DNA from: Deltaproteobacteria bacterium
GTDB lineage: Bacteria > SAR324 > NAC60-12
Assembly (NCBI GenBank): GCA_002685535.1
Contig: NYXK01000211.1
Coordinates: 28,803-92,802 of the forward strand
Direction of reading: 5' to 3'
Length of the DNA: 64,000 nucleotides
Shown: positions 37,829-50,770 of the stretch, in pieces
Layout: each line of letters opens with the position of its first letter
Position numbering within the stretch: the first letter of the stretch is position 1
Program-made: the position numbers and the translations under genes
The notes under the pieces: model-generated
Told to the model about the DNA's origin: nothing
Databases searched by the model: none
Seen by the model: only the letters and a program-made list of their open reading frames with translations

Positions 37829-38230
37829 TCATTTGAAGTACCAATCACAGTTCCGGATCATGTATTATTGAGAAGAGACCCAGTAACGTTTCGAGCACCT
37901 CGAACGTACCAAAATTCAGAACCAGAGACTTGCAGTGGTACGCTTCTTACCATGGGCTCATTAAATTCAGGGAAGTTTAGTAGATCCTATTAATTTCAGA
38001 CCAGCCTAAGCGAGGAAGGATCTGAAGTAAACATTTCCTCGAAATTTCTCCCGCTGGCTCAGATCGTTATCCCAAGAACTCTTCCAGACTCGAAGATTGT
38101 AGATATTACCATCGATATAGCCTTCCAACCATTCAGTTCCTCTACGGCCGATCTTGTCGGACCAAAGCTTAGCTCACGGGTTTCACGTCTCACGTGATGT
38201 GGTACTCCTTGAGAGCAACTCAATTACATC

Positions 38231-38463
38231 GATAAATAACAGAACGCAGCTGTGTAGGCGCTAAGAGACATCTACCACTTCATTCAATTAAGAGATAAGC
38301 TCCGTGCAACACTAATTTTGACGACATCGGAGCAGGCCACAATGCGAAAGTGGGGTGGTTGTTACATTCGGCTTTGGATCCCGCTCTTGCATGAAGTCGT
38401 ATCTGAGGGATGCAGTGCAGATAACATGACATATAGGTCCAATTATCTTATGTCCAATGATAA
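38231..38463. promoter_or_regulatory. Cluster of GATAA/TTATC (AreA/Nit2-type) sites upstream of P5CDH
   Basis: GATAA at 38231, 38294, 38420 and 38459; TTATC at 38443. Confidence 0.5.
38369..38384. promoter_or_regulatory. CGG-N9-CCG site (P5CDH-proximal)
   Basis: CGGCTTTGGATCCCGC. Confidence 0.6.
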
Positions 38464-38584
38464 TCAGACCTGTTAATTACGCGTTGATGATGAGTTTTTT
38501 GCCTCTGGAAATGTAGTTTTGCTTTTTAAGATATCCAATCCCGAGACGATCCAGGTGAAATATTGCTTCTCATACAACTTGATC

Positions 38585-40537
38585 ATGTCAAAAAGAAGCG
38601 CTGTTCAAGGCTTCAAGTCTAGTAAGATCCGATCTCCATGGTTTAGTCGCAGTCATTTACTCAATCATGAACGTCGGCATTGGCTGTCTATGTATTCGAA
38701 ACCGCACTTTGTGAACGAACCTTCGGTACATCTTGTCCCCTCAACCGTCCAATTAAATGTGAAAGCTGACAGAATTTGCAGCCAACATATGAAAAGAACA
38801 GTCCAGAAAGAGATGGGATCACGAAAGCTCTACAAGATCTCAAATCTAGGCTTCCAATCAGCATTCCCCTGAAGATCGGCTCGAAAGAGGTTCAGAACAG
38901 CCCTCTGTATCCCACCGAAAACAAGTACTGAGACTCACTATCAGGTCACCAAGTCCCAATCATTGACTCAAATCAATCCATCCCGCCACAAAGAAGTAAT
39001 CGCAGAATGGGCTCCTGCAACGGCCTCGGATGTCAAGAACGCGATCTCGTCTGCTTTGGCCGCCAAGTCATCATGGGAGAACACCCCATTCGAACAACGA
39101 GCAGCAATCTTCCTTCGCGCTGCAGAGCTTGTGAGCAAGAAGTATAGATACGAATTGATGGCTGCAGTCATGATGGGGCAGGGGAAGAATATTTGGCAAG
39201 CTGAGATTGATGTTGTAGCTGAGACTTGTGATCTTCTTCGGTAAGTAGTGGACGTGAGAAGGCAACCTGAGAGCAGAGGCTCATTTTGAGAAGTTTCAAC
39301 GTCCAATGTGCAATGGAGTTGTTCAAAACACAACCGGCTGTTAACCCAGCAGGGATGGTACACTTCTCTCTCCCATACCATATCCCCAGTGACTGAAGCT
39401 AACCTCTCCTAGTGGAACCGCCTCGAGTACCGCCCACTCGAAGGATTCGTTTATTCAATCTCACCCTTTAACTTTACAGCATTAGCTGCAACATTAGCAT
39501 ATGGCCCACTTCTGATGGGAAACGTAGTAATCTGGAAGCCCTCTCTCTCAGCTCTTCATAGCTCCTGGCTACTCCATCAAATCCTGTTGGAAGCTGGTCT
39601 GCCCAAAGATGTAGTTCAATTCGTGCCAGGAGACGCCGAAGAAGTCACCTCCGCCATTATCGAAAGCTCCGACTTCGCAGCACTGAATTTCACAGGCTCT
39701 ACAGCAGTTTTCAAGTCTCTCATCGCAAAGATTGGCGTCGCGACAGGCAAGGACAGATTCTTGAACTACCCCCGTATTGTTGGCGAGACAGGTGGCAAGA
39801 ATTTCCATTTGATACACAAGAGTGCGGATATTGAGAATGCTGTCAACAGCACCATTCGAGGTGCATTTGAGTTCCAAGGACAGAAATGTTCAGCGACGTC
39901 TCGAGTCTATGTACCGGAGTCCATCTGGCCCGAGTTCAAGCGAGACCTTCTTGCCAAGACTGAGAGCATCAGTGTTGGCCCGCCTGAGGAGTTCCAGAAC
40001 TTTGTCAATCCTGTAATCCATGAACAGGCATTTGATAAGCTTGCCTCTTTCATCCAAAAAGCGAAGGACGACCCGAAACTGACACTTCTTGCTGGCGGGA
40101 AGGTAGAGAAGGATGTTGGCTTTTTCGTCCATCCGACCATCTATCAGACAACCGATCCACAACATGATATCATGAAGACAGAATTGTTTGGTCCTTTGTT
40201 TGCAATTTATGTCTATCCTGATTTGGCATGGACGAATATACCAAAACTCATCGACACCACGACTCGATATGCATTGACTGGAAGTGTTTTTGCAAGAGAT
40301 GTCGAAGCAATCACGTTCGCGGAGAAGGAAATGAGGCATTCTGCTGGCAACTTTTACATCAATACGAAGAGTTCTGGTAGTGTGGTTGGGCAGCAGCCGT
40401 TTGGAGGGATGAGAGGTAGCGGAACGAACGACAAAGTTGGGTCGGTCAATGTCCTGAGTCGGTTTGTAAGTGTCAGAGCAATCAAGGAAGACTTCGAGGG
40501 GACGAAAGACTTCAGATATCCTAGCAACGAGATATGA
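38585..40537 (+). CDS. Delta-1-pyrroline-5-carboxylate dehydrogenase (ALDH4; Put2/PrnC paralog)
   Basis: GQGKNIWQAEID, WNRLEYRPLEGFV..ISPFNFT, NFTGST, GETGGKNF, FQGQKCSA (catalytic Cys), ELFGP and VVGQQPFGG motifs; four 5' introns splice in frame. Confidence 0.95.
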
Positions 40538-41347
40538 TCTCATATTCCCATTTGACTAGAAGGAATTTGAAATCTGCAGCTGAGCTTCTTTAGTCTTTTA
40601 GTGACCTTAGTCTGGGCAAAATTGTGTTTGTGTATGTTTATGACTGTATTTAGCTGTGATACAATATCTGCTGCGTGAGGTTGTTGGAAAAAGAAGCTTC
40701 TGGAAGACTACTCCAGAGATCTGTGTATGTCTGACCATCGATAAATTCAACCCATTCGTCGTTGCCTTCATATTGACTTTGTATTGTTGTTGTCGGGACG
40801 GTTGAGAGCCAACACTCCCCACCAAATGCCTCTCGACCTCGATTACTTGAGTTGTACCATTCTAGTTGGGGTTGATCTGACTTCTGTGGCTCTGGCCTTT
40901 TCGTTCGTGACAATGAGAGACTTTGAAAGATATCATTTGCCTCCTGCTTTCCTACTACCTCTGACAAATTTAAGAAATCTTTCTGTCCCATTGGCGAGGA
41001 GGTAATATCAAGAAAGTCGAAGGTCAGTCGCATCGACCAGAACACAAAGCCCCAAGAAAGAGTTCGATCGCGTCTGGGATGGAGGCGACCTACAGCCTCG
41101 AAAGCGACTCTGGGAGAATATCGTTTTCTATGTTACTGATGCTATAGCAGACCGAACCACAGATCTAAGCCAAAAAGTAAGAGGAATATTAAGTGTCACT
41201 CAAAATGACTCCTCCAATTCACTTCCATAAATCAGAATCATGCAACATGAATATCCTAAAGTTGAATTTGTGTTGTGCGAACAACAAACAGAACCACCAG
41301 AAATTGAGCTACATACCTTCCAGCCAGTCTATAATCTATCTAAGTCG

Positions 41348-43098
41348 TTATTCTCTCATCGTGACATCCATACGGTGGCCCTTGGGGCTAATCAAAAAGA
41401 AATTGACCATGGTCATTGCGTCTTCATCATTCATACTGCCTTCCCAGCTTCAAGCCTTTGCATTCCCTAAACAGAAACGCCAGAGCATGCCGTAACTGCA
41501 TGTATGCGAGATGGTAACCAAGACAAGCCCGGGAGCCAGCTCCGAAGTGTGAGAACGTGGCCTTGCTCTCAGGGCCCCCATTGAGGAAGCGATCAGGGTT
41601 GAAGCTATACCTCAATTAGTGAAAGCACAAAAAATACTTGGGCATGTACATATAAAAGAATAGACACGTTGCCTCTTAAGAGCTACTGTAAAAAGTTGAC
41701 TTACGTGAGAGGATCTTTGAAGACAGCGGGGTCGCGATGCATGGTGTATGCTTGAGACGAGACAGTTGTCCCAGGAGGGATAACGAATCCATCAATCGTA
41801 AGTGGGCGATCTTTTGGCACTGTGCGAGGAAGACTTCCAGGTGCAGCAGAAAACAGTCTCAGAGCTTCTCGAATGAGTGCGTTAATATAAGGCAGTTTCT
41901 CGAGATCTGCATCCCTCCACTCAGGTAATAACTCTGCGACTTCAGCCTCCAGTCTGGCTTGAATCTTGGGGTTCTTTAGGATGGACCATATCAAATATGT
42001 ACCGTTGACAGCAGTCGTTCCTGAGCCAGCCACGACAAGGCCAGAAGCTTCGATTGGAAGCATTTCGTGGGTGAAAATCGAGCCCTCCTTCTCGGCATCC
42101 TCAAGAACCCCTTTAAAGATGTTTGCCTTTGCAAGGTTATCGCGTTCCGAAGCGTTCTCGAGGACCTTATCTCCGTACGCGAACACGCGTTTGTTCTGGT
42201 TGGCGAGTTCGGGAAAGAGGCCAAACATTTTGAGGAAGTCGAAGAGGCGAGGTATCTCGGAGCGAAGACCGTTGGCTTTTATGACAGCTTCGATATCTTT
42301 GACAAAAGCGTTACGCTAGTGGGAGTCCATAGTTAGTATCTCTGCTTTGTGAAAGCTTTGTAGCTTGTCTTTTCCAACCACTTTGCAGACCTTGGGTACT
42401 ACCACACGACGAAAGAAAAGTTGGAACGAGACAGCGCTTACCTCTCCAGTCTTGACCATGTTGAAAGGCTCTCCAAATGCAATCTCACCAATGATATCAG
42501 TAGTCATGAGAGTGAACCATTTAAAGACACAAGCCGTGCTGCATTCCGCTTCCATCTTGATCTTTTGTACTGCTTCGCGTGCAAGACTGATGACGAGATC
42601 TTCCCAATTCGTACGTAAAGACGATAAAGCTAAAAGGTCGAGCTAGAAGTCGTCTTTTGAAGGTATGGATCTTCGGATCAATGACCGCAAAAACATCAGG
42701 AGGTCCGCCCGGTCGGAATTTCGTGTACCAGTCCGACTTCAAATACCCATTCCCAATCTTGTGAACCTCGTTGAAGACCTCTGGACTCGTGAAGGAGACT
42801 TCGTTGGGCGAGATTAACACAACTGGGCCATACTTCTTGTGCATGTCATCGATGTAAAAGATTCGGCGAGCAGTCATGACATAGTATTTCTGATGCAGGT
42901 CCGTATACCTGGCGAACCACGGTCCTGGAACTTTTGCTAATGGGCTTGTTTCTGTGCGAATGATGAGCTTGAAGAAGTCAGTCCAGATGCATTGGGTGAG
43001 ATCTGTCAATATGCTAGACTCAAATATAAGACATAAAAAACAACGAGGCCAATCGCTACCACTGGTGCGACACCCAGTTTGGCCACCAGAGCGTCCAT
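41348..43098 (-). pseudogene. Cytochrome P450 pseudogene
   Basis: PGPW, AGSGTT, EALR and FGAGSRACLG motifs are present. However, the first donor reads TTGAGT instead of GTGAGT, and there are frameshifts near 42630 (RPFS/LSSLRTNWE) and near 41440 (before MVNFFLISPKGH). Confidence 0.85.
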
Positions 43099-44243
43099 CT
43101 TGGGTTTAAAAAAAAGAAGGGAAAAATGAGAATAAGTTTGACAAGAAGAATGGCTCAAGTCTCCAAGAAGACCTGAACTTTTGACTACTTGCTGCGAGAG
43201 GACAATATGATTTCATAAACGCCCAGCCTGGGCCAGTTTCTCCATGGAGAAAGACAAGAACCGCCGAGCCGAAAATGGGGTGCAAGACCGACAGAGCAGC
43301 TGCAACATTGGATAATGTCTTTGATGGGCGATCCATATCGAGTTTTTAATGCCGACGGGCGGGGCCATCTTTGTCGATCTCGCTGCAAGGATATGTATGA
43401 TATGATGCGTTTCACAAACCGAACTTCAGCAGCAAGCAACACACACACTAGGTACGGGCCTCGTGTTCTTTTACCCTAAATCGGTTGTCGCCACGTTTGT
43501 AACCTGAGTGTGAATCGCAGTACGAGTTACAATTTGCCTGACAACTTTACTTAATAACCGGCAAGATGCAGATTTGCTAAACTTTTGCTCTAGATGTGGG
43601 TTCTAGAGTCTAGTACTTATACGTATAGCAATCGGCGCCTAGTGAGGCTAGCCGCACTGGACAAGGTTCGGATCTTTTCCGCTCGCTGCCCTTGGTATGG
43701 CCCATTGTGTATCAAAGCCAGTCCGTGGAGATCAACTTTACCGCTTGATGTGTTACTTGTAACGTTGAATTGTTGTGGTTCACTACACATGTGTCCCTGC
43801 CGTGATGTCAACAGATGCACAATGATCCACAAACCACCATCTTCCATCATCCATACATCCCTGGCTGGCTCAACGCCACGACCTCTCAAAACTCTCAATA
43901 GATGCTGATCAATGGATTGGGGTAGAATTGACCAAACTTTGAACTCTCCTGTCAGACTTTCACGCACGTACAGGGTAATGCTGAGACTACTGGCGATGAA
44001 AATGAAGCTGTCCTCACAAATCTCGCGGCTATTCTACGTATCTTCTCCAGCCCTGTCTCTCAAAAATCCCCTCTACGGCTTCACCACCATAAGGTTCTCC
44101 ATCCCCGTCCACCGGTGATGCCCACTAACTCGCCAAGGACCGTCTCCGAGTTCCGCAAATGACTCTCCTCGCCAATTTGATGCCTCAATGCCAAAAAGCT
44201 ATCATGCGGGGTGTGAGATTTGGTGAAAGTGTAATTCGGTCTG

Positions 44244-44906
44244 CAGAGTGGCCGAAAAGTCAGCCGACTTTTAAGTCATCTATGAAGCTGAGAGATATCT
44301 GTAAGCCAATCAGCGTGAAGTATTTTATTGACCAGTTAGTTATGATAAGGCTAGCTTATAAGCTAAGTTTATAAGCTTTCTATATATTTTAGAGTAATAT
44401 TAAGTGAAGTAAGTAAAAGTAATAATGTTATCTTAATTCTTCGCTAATTGATAATAAAAGGCTTATGGCGGAAAACTTATTACCAATGAGCTAAAATGAA
44501 TTAATGAAATGCAGTAAGATTCGAAATGCCCGCTGAAAAGTATTAGCAGTACATACTCACTTATTATTTTTTATCAAAATCTTTAGTAAAATTATATCTT
44601 GATAGATTATACTTCGTAAAAATAATAACAACGCTCTTAGGCTTTTAACCTGATATTTACGAGTTCCTTAATGTTTCTAATTGACTCCACCATACAAGTA
44701 ATGAATCTTATAACTTCAAAACCTTTACTTACTTCTTTTAGGCTATTTTCGTTTTGAAATATACCTAAATATTTTTAGAACTAACTTCTAAACAGTTAAT
44801 CGGCTTTTTAGCTCAAGCTAATAAGCTAGTAGTAAATATATATAAGCCAATCGGTTGTAAAAGATTCTCAGCTGATGGCTGACTAATTGGCTTAATGGCC
44901 CCTCTG
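44244..44906. mobile_element. Non-autonomous hAT-type DNA transposon (663 bp), AT-rich and probably RIP-mutated
   Basis: Exact 8-bp TSD TCGGTCTG at 44236-44243 and 44907-44914. Termini CAGAGTGGCC / GGCCCCTCTG match 9 of 10 as an inverted repeat, with subterminal inverted matches. The interior is TpA-rich and has no substantial ORF. Confidence 0.88.
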
Positions 44907-45803
44907 TCGGTCTGGATCCGGTCCGATTGGGCATTTGAAGACAAGCCGACCCTCTTGTCGACGGAGACCTAGGCTCGAAACATGACTACTGTAGTCCCTT
45001 CCGCTTGCTCGACCATCCGAGCGGTCTTTTGTTCACATCCTCCGGCCGATGTTGCTGTCGCTGCTAAGCTGCCCATAGGTCACTGTCTGACGACGAGCTA
45101 GTCCCGGTAGCAATCATGTGCCCGGTCAAGCCTTCAAGATCTTCAGTCTCGGACTTTCGCTGTTTACATTTGCCGCCCCCTGGTCTTTCCAGGTGCACAC
45201 CTTGGCCTGGGGCTCCGCTTCCCCCAGATTTTGACTTTTTTTCTATAATTGAATTATTTACTGCCGAGCAGGAGATGGTCCGCAAAGGTACGCGAACAAG
45301 TATATGATATTACATAATATGCTATTTTTTACGCACACTGGGACGTGGCTTGTCTCCCCCAAAGAAATGCATCCACAAATGACGGAATATTCTGCTCCCG
45401 CCAGAGACTCAAACCTTATAAACGACGACAAGAACTGCTAGAGTGGACGACGGTTCGTCGCTTTGTAGCTATGCCGGAAGGACTTCGGTTATAAAGCGAC
45501 ATAACTTATTCGGTCCCCCGGAGTCACTTTATGACGAGCTATCCGGATCCTGTTCAGACATACCGTTCAAAAGCATATTAAAGCGGTAGCGTATTCGAAT
45601 AAAAGACTAATTAGCTGAATTGTCGGTTCAAGCGAGGTTAGAGTCTTGCATTAAATATAATATAAGGGATGGCGAGCGAGTATATGACGACCGAATGTCC
45701 CAAGAACCATCTGTAGCTTTGGGGTCACAATTTGCAATTATCAAGTTCTCGTAGTTGCATCTATTCATTCTCTGAAGCAACCACTCAAAGGAATGAGTTG
45801 AAA

Positions 45804-46970
45804 ATGAGGTCCTCACTCAAAGCGTTGTTCGCTTCGTTCGAGCTCTTTCTCGCTGTTGCTGCTTCTCCTACTCACAAGCGTTCTGTTTGTCCTCAAGTGT
45901 CTGGCGACATCTTGTTCAACAACCAGTTTCAACTATACCCAGCTTACTATAGATGGGACTATCAACGATGCGTGCTGTATCTTAGGTGAATACTTTCTAC
46001 CATCCATGCCAATGGTGTCGAATTAATCTTTTGGTGCAGTGCCATCTACAATGCAACAATGGTTGTCTGGGATCCATACAAATCAGTGGTCCAACGAGTG
46101 ATATCCTTCCCAGGCTTAAGTCATGATGGTTCCGAAGTGTCAGATAAACGACTCTCCGGCGTTCTTCTCGATCCTACAAACAATATTCTGTCCGGCGTCG
46201 TTGAAGCCGAGGAGTTTTTCTTGACGGGAGGCAACGATGTGAGCGGCGATAACTTCGTCGTCAAGGTCGATCTCAACAAATTCGAGGTCATTAACGAGGT
46301 CAATCTGACTGCTACGACGAAGGGTCAGTACGGAGCGGTTCTCGACCTGGACAACGGCATTGACGATGACATCTACGTCAACGGCGGCTATCCATCCAGC
46401 CTTCTCCGCGTTGACTCGAACAATGAAGTCACACCATATTACGTCTCTGAACCAACTACTGCCCCACGCGAGTTTGGGTTCGGAGGCGTAGTCCTATTCG
46501 AAAATAAACTCATCGCCAATGACAATGCTCACAGTGAGCTAGTCAGCTTCACTCTTGGTGGTACACATAGCACACCAGTTGTCATTCCACAGGAGGGAAA
46601 TCATCACAACTTCAGCGCTGGATCTGCCTTGAGCTTCCCCATGCGATACGGTGGAAAGGTTCTCCTCCAGGCAGAGACCGACAACGAGCAAAAGACGACC
46701 GGTGTTTCCGTATTTGTGTCGATGGATTGCTGGAACACAGCCAAGTTCGTGGGATTTTTGGAGAGTGTAGATAGAAAGCTGCAACCGGCATCGGTGGCTA
46801 TCAGTCAAACTACTGCTCGGGACGTTGGAGACCGCATCTACTCAAGCGTCTTGTTCTACGATAACACCGCCAACCCGTCTATGGCAGGGAATAGATCAGA
46901 TTTTGCCCTTCGAGATATCACCGATTCCGTGGACGCGCTGTTATTGTCAGCGGGTCAAGCTATTCGGTAA
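45804..46970 (+). CDS. Secreted Tri14-like protein
   Basis: Signal peptide, then CP..SG...NQFQLYP...WD...CVLYLS.IYNATMVVWDPY....ISFPG, a pattern I recall from Tri14-like proteins. Intron 45986-46039. Confidence 0.72.
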
Positions 46971-49584
46971 ACTGGATGAAGCTGGAACTGCTATTTGTGC
47001 CTGGGAAACGACATTCATTTTCAGAATCAGTTCTCGAATCTCGAATAAGCCAAATAGATATAGATGGTCTTCACCATGTATTGCATAATCACTTGTACTT
47101 TTGAGTCAAGACAGATAGAAATAAATCTTATTTACCCATTTCATTACTCATGCACCATGCGCTATAGACCAATGTCTTTGAATGCCGGTATATTGACGGA
47201 CAAGTACAGTTTTCCAGGTCCGCGGCGATTGATACCGAATTTGTTGACATACTGACAAATGGTAAAATCAGTCGAAATCGTCAATTGGTTCACTTCGGGA
47301 ATTTGGAAATGTGTTCCTTGACAGGGCCGCGACACGATTGATGGTATTTCGCACCGCCACTGACTCGTAGCTGGATTGGTAGATACCGTTGTTTTTTTCA
47401 GCATATGTACCGGACCCTCTCTGTAAGCCACCGGACCGTATCCAGGGGAAAGTGAGGATGATTCGCTGATTGGCACGCACGTACCCTGCGGTAAAGCGCG
47501 GCGCTTGTAGCGTAAAGTAAATGCACGCCGATTGCGCTTTTCGTGGCCGATGGACGATCTGGAGCTTTCGGATGGTGGATGATGATGGATGCATGCATGC
47601 ACGACTCGTGCTGATCATTCTCTGACCTGACCGAAGAGTTCCATCGATCGATTCAAGCTGCTCTCCTCTCCTTTAGCCTCGGACTTTTCAACCGTCAACA
47701 CAGAAGGAAATATCGCCCCGAAAACGTTCATTTCATCGGCTCTATTCTGTCTACCTATCAAAGGAAGATCCGCATCGGCGCCTTTTTTTTTTTTTTGAAA
47801 TAGGCAAGCAAGCCCTTTCGAACGATCGCAACCATGCTCTGTATACATAACACTTACTTATGTGCAAACAGTCACTCGTAGCTGTCAACGCCCTGTCTAG
47901 ATACTTGCTTGCTATTTCAAGGATGCCACAACGGATCAGTATCTACGAGTACGCGTAGTAGCGGCAGTGTCAATCATTCTAGTGTAGCCAAGCCCTCCCG
48001 ACAGAATTACAAAGTTCCAAGGTTCATTGCCCATGGCCTTACCCATCACGCGACTGCCTCACTAATTACCCAATCCGAAATCAAGAGAGTTCCAAATGCC
48101 TCCGTCAATGATACACCATTTAAAAGCAGATTCACGGTCAGAGAAATAATGGTGTCGTTTGGGCCAAGCTTTGCCAACACCCATCGTCGTCTTTTCGGGG
48201 CGCTCGGCTTCTTTTCCGTGCGCTTGGCGATATTCCCAGCAGCCCGGAACGGGTCAGGATGTGCCGCTGGCTGTTGTTGACGGGTCCATTGCCTTGCAGC
48301 GACTCTGATGCCCAAAGAGGCGGGTCTTCATCTTGCATCCACGTGGTCTCCCTGCCTGCCAGGAGGCATGTCGCTGTGACTATTATTAAGCAGATGAGTG
48401 AGGTACCATACCCAGGTATTTATCATATCCAATGAGTGTTGTTGGAAATGGGGTGCTGTTGGGTTTCTCTCGTATCAGGTAGAAGTGTTTCTCGTGGCAA
48501 TCGCCTGTCGCTAAGCTAGGCTCGTCAGATTGATACTTACGACCTTCTGTCTACAGTCATCGTTCAACCCCACGAAACTAGACTAACCTATTCCAGGGCT
48601 GTCTAGACGAAATAACACTTCTCACTTGTCATATTCTTGTTCTATCATCGGGAAAAAAGAATCCTTTGAACGCATGTTCGATTCGACTTCCGCTCGTTCT
48701 GTTCTCGTCCAGTTTCTTCTTTTTTTCTCCGCAACTTCGTCCAACAACATTCTGGACACCCGTAGGAAGGCGGCATTGTTCCGGGATTTGCGGAAGCGCT
48801 CGAGATCCCGAGCGGGTAAGCTCAGAAGATGCGAGAACAGGGTATACATCCACTTCAAGACCACCGACGAAGTCACCGCTGTGGGGTAAAGGTCGTTCGT
48901 CGGACGGGATGCGACGCGTACTGGATGGAATTCAGTTCAGAAGCGATCGAATGCGAGAGACCAAAGGCGTTGATGCCAATACTGATGTCCATGGGTCAAT
49001 GTACATGTGAGACAGGAGGAGAGAGATCGATAGGGAAAAGTGCGACTAGACGTCTAGCGTGTTCGGGAGATGACGGAATACGTGAATTTTGCTCATGAGG
49101 TGCAAAAGCTGGGATTGTACGTTCGCAAGCCGGATGCGGAATTTCGTGCATTGCTACTACGAACGTCCTGCATTTGTCGGTCAGTCTTGGTCCTCTCCTT
49201 AACGTCTTCGAGCGAAGAGGGGATTAAGGGTACTGAATAGGAAACGGAATTCGCTACCATGGATTCGTTTTCGCTGATGGCGTTCAGCTCTCCTCGGATA
49301 TATATCATTCTGTTCAACTCGTCCATGTGCATTATCAGTATTCTCGAGTTGCCTCTCTCGTGCTGAATTCTGCTAATTAAAAGCTAACAAATTCCTAATG
49401 ATCATTTTTTCGGGGCAATTTTTACTGCGTCTATGGTCCGCTAGCTTTTTGAAGTATCACCTTGTAACATAATTTCTATATTTACTTACTTCCGCGGGGG
49501 TTTTTTTTCTTGTTTCACTTGAAGTAATTATTAATCCCGCGAGGTTTCGAACTATTCAACACTCTTAAATTAACTAGTGGTACT

Positions 49585-50770
49585 TTACTTGTTCACCTCT
49601 TGTATATTGTGTTGACCTTTATCACATTTTATAACAGCTACATAAAAAATCGTCGTCATAACCGATTTAATCTGACAACTAGGGTCCACGAGTATGGACA
49701 AGTAACTTTGAACGCCGGCGACCATGCTGTTAATGACGCCTTGGTCCTCAGATATGCCGTCGAAAAAAGTTGTGACAGTAGCGCTTAGCATGGTCCATCC
49801 GATCTTCTTCCCTGCGGATAGGAGTTCTCGAACCTCTTCCAAGTATCACATTGCTGAGCAGTGGTGATCCGCGAAGAGATTCAATTTCCCCAATTCATCC
49901 CTCAAATTCTTCATGACCTTTTCTTCCCCATTGAGAAATGGCGCTTCCCTCGCGGCATACCCAAGCTTGAACTTCGGAGACCTTCGCAGAACTGTAAAAT
50001 CAAAAAGTACAATTTCGGCGCCCCTCAAACAGAATTGAGCTAGTCACACAATCGCCTTTGCTTTGAACGTCGGAGATACGTACATGACATGCAAATTTGC
50101 ATGGCTTGGGATCATCGCCGGTATCTCCCATTCACCGACTTCCAGAATCCACTGGGGAATTATGGCGGCAATGATCCGAGAATCTGGGACTCCAGAGCCT
50201 GGCTGAGAATAGGCTACAAAGCTGTTGCCGTAGTCAAAATACCTCCAAAGATGGAAACCTGTGTAATGAAGAGGAAACTCCGCTAACCTGAGGGCCTCGT
50301 TTCGAAAGAAGTGGTTCACTCTCAAGATCGAAATTGTGGGACGCATCCATCGACCATAACCGTCATATGCCGCTGTACAACTTGCTAGCAGCAGCAGTTG
50401 AATAATCTTCACTTTGAGCTCGTCTGGTAAGTCAGAGAAGTTAAAGCCGGAAGTGTTCTTGGAGGCAGTTGTATAGCGTGGTTTGAAGCGAATCGACAAA
50501 GCCGTTGCAATTGGTTTGACAAATTTCGAACTCAAACTGGATCGCTCTTTGAAAGAGCTCTTTGAACCTTCAGCTGCGACCTCTCTATCGCCCAAGCTTC
50601 CGGCCTCAGCGATCGTTATATCGATGTGTGAAAGCTGAACCGAGTCGCCTCCACTGACAGAACTGTCTCCTAGTCGATTGCTCAAATTTTCATCTGCCAG
50701 CCTCCGTCGCACTCTGCGAAGAATCGATCAAGCTTCGCTGCTCGCCTGAAATGGTGTCCGAGGCAGTCAT
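49585..50770 (-). pseudogene. Degenerate F-box-like/hypothetical gene
   Basis: FNFSDLPDELKVKII motif. The ATG-bearing 5' part is in a different frame from the main ORF, there is a probable intron at ~50025-50082, and an in-frame TGA at 49846-49848 separates two same-frame ORFs. Confidence 0.5.

Noticed and set aside
40650-41045. 131-aa ORF resembling a transcription-factor C-terminal tail
   Set aside because: No recognisable domain or convincing start; it cannot be supported as a gene.
48622-49332. Minus-strand ORF fragments with possible splice signals
   Set aside because: I could not assemble a consistent spliced frame or recognise a family.
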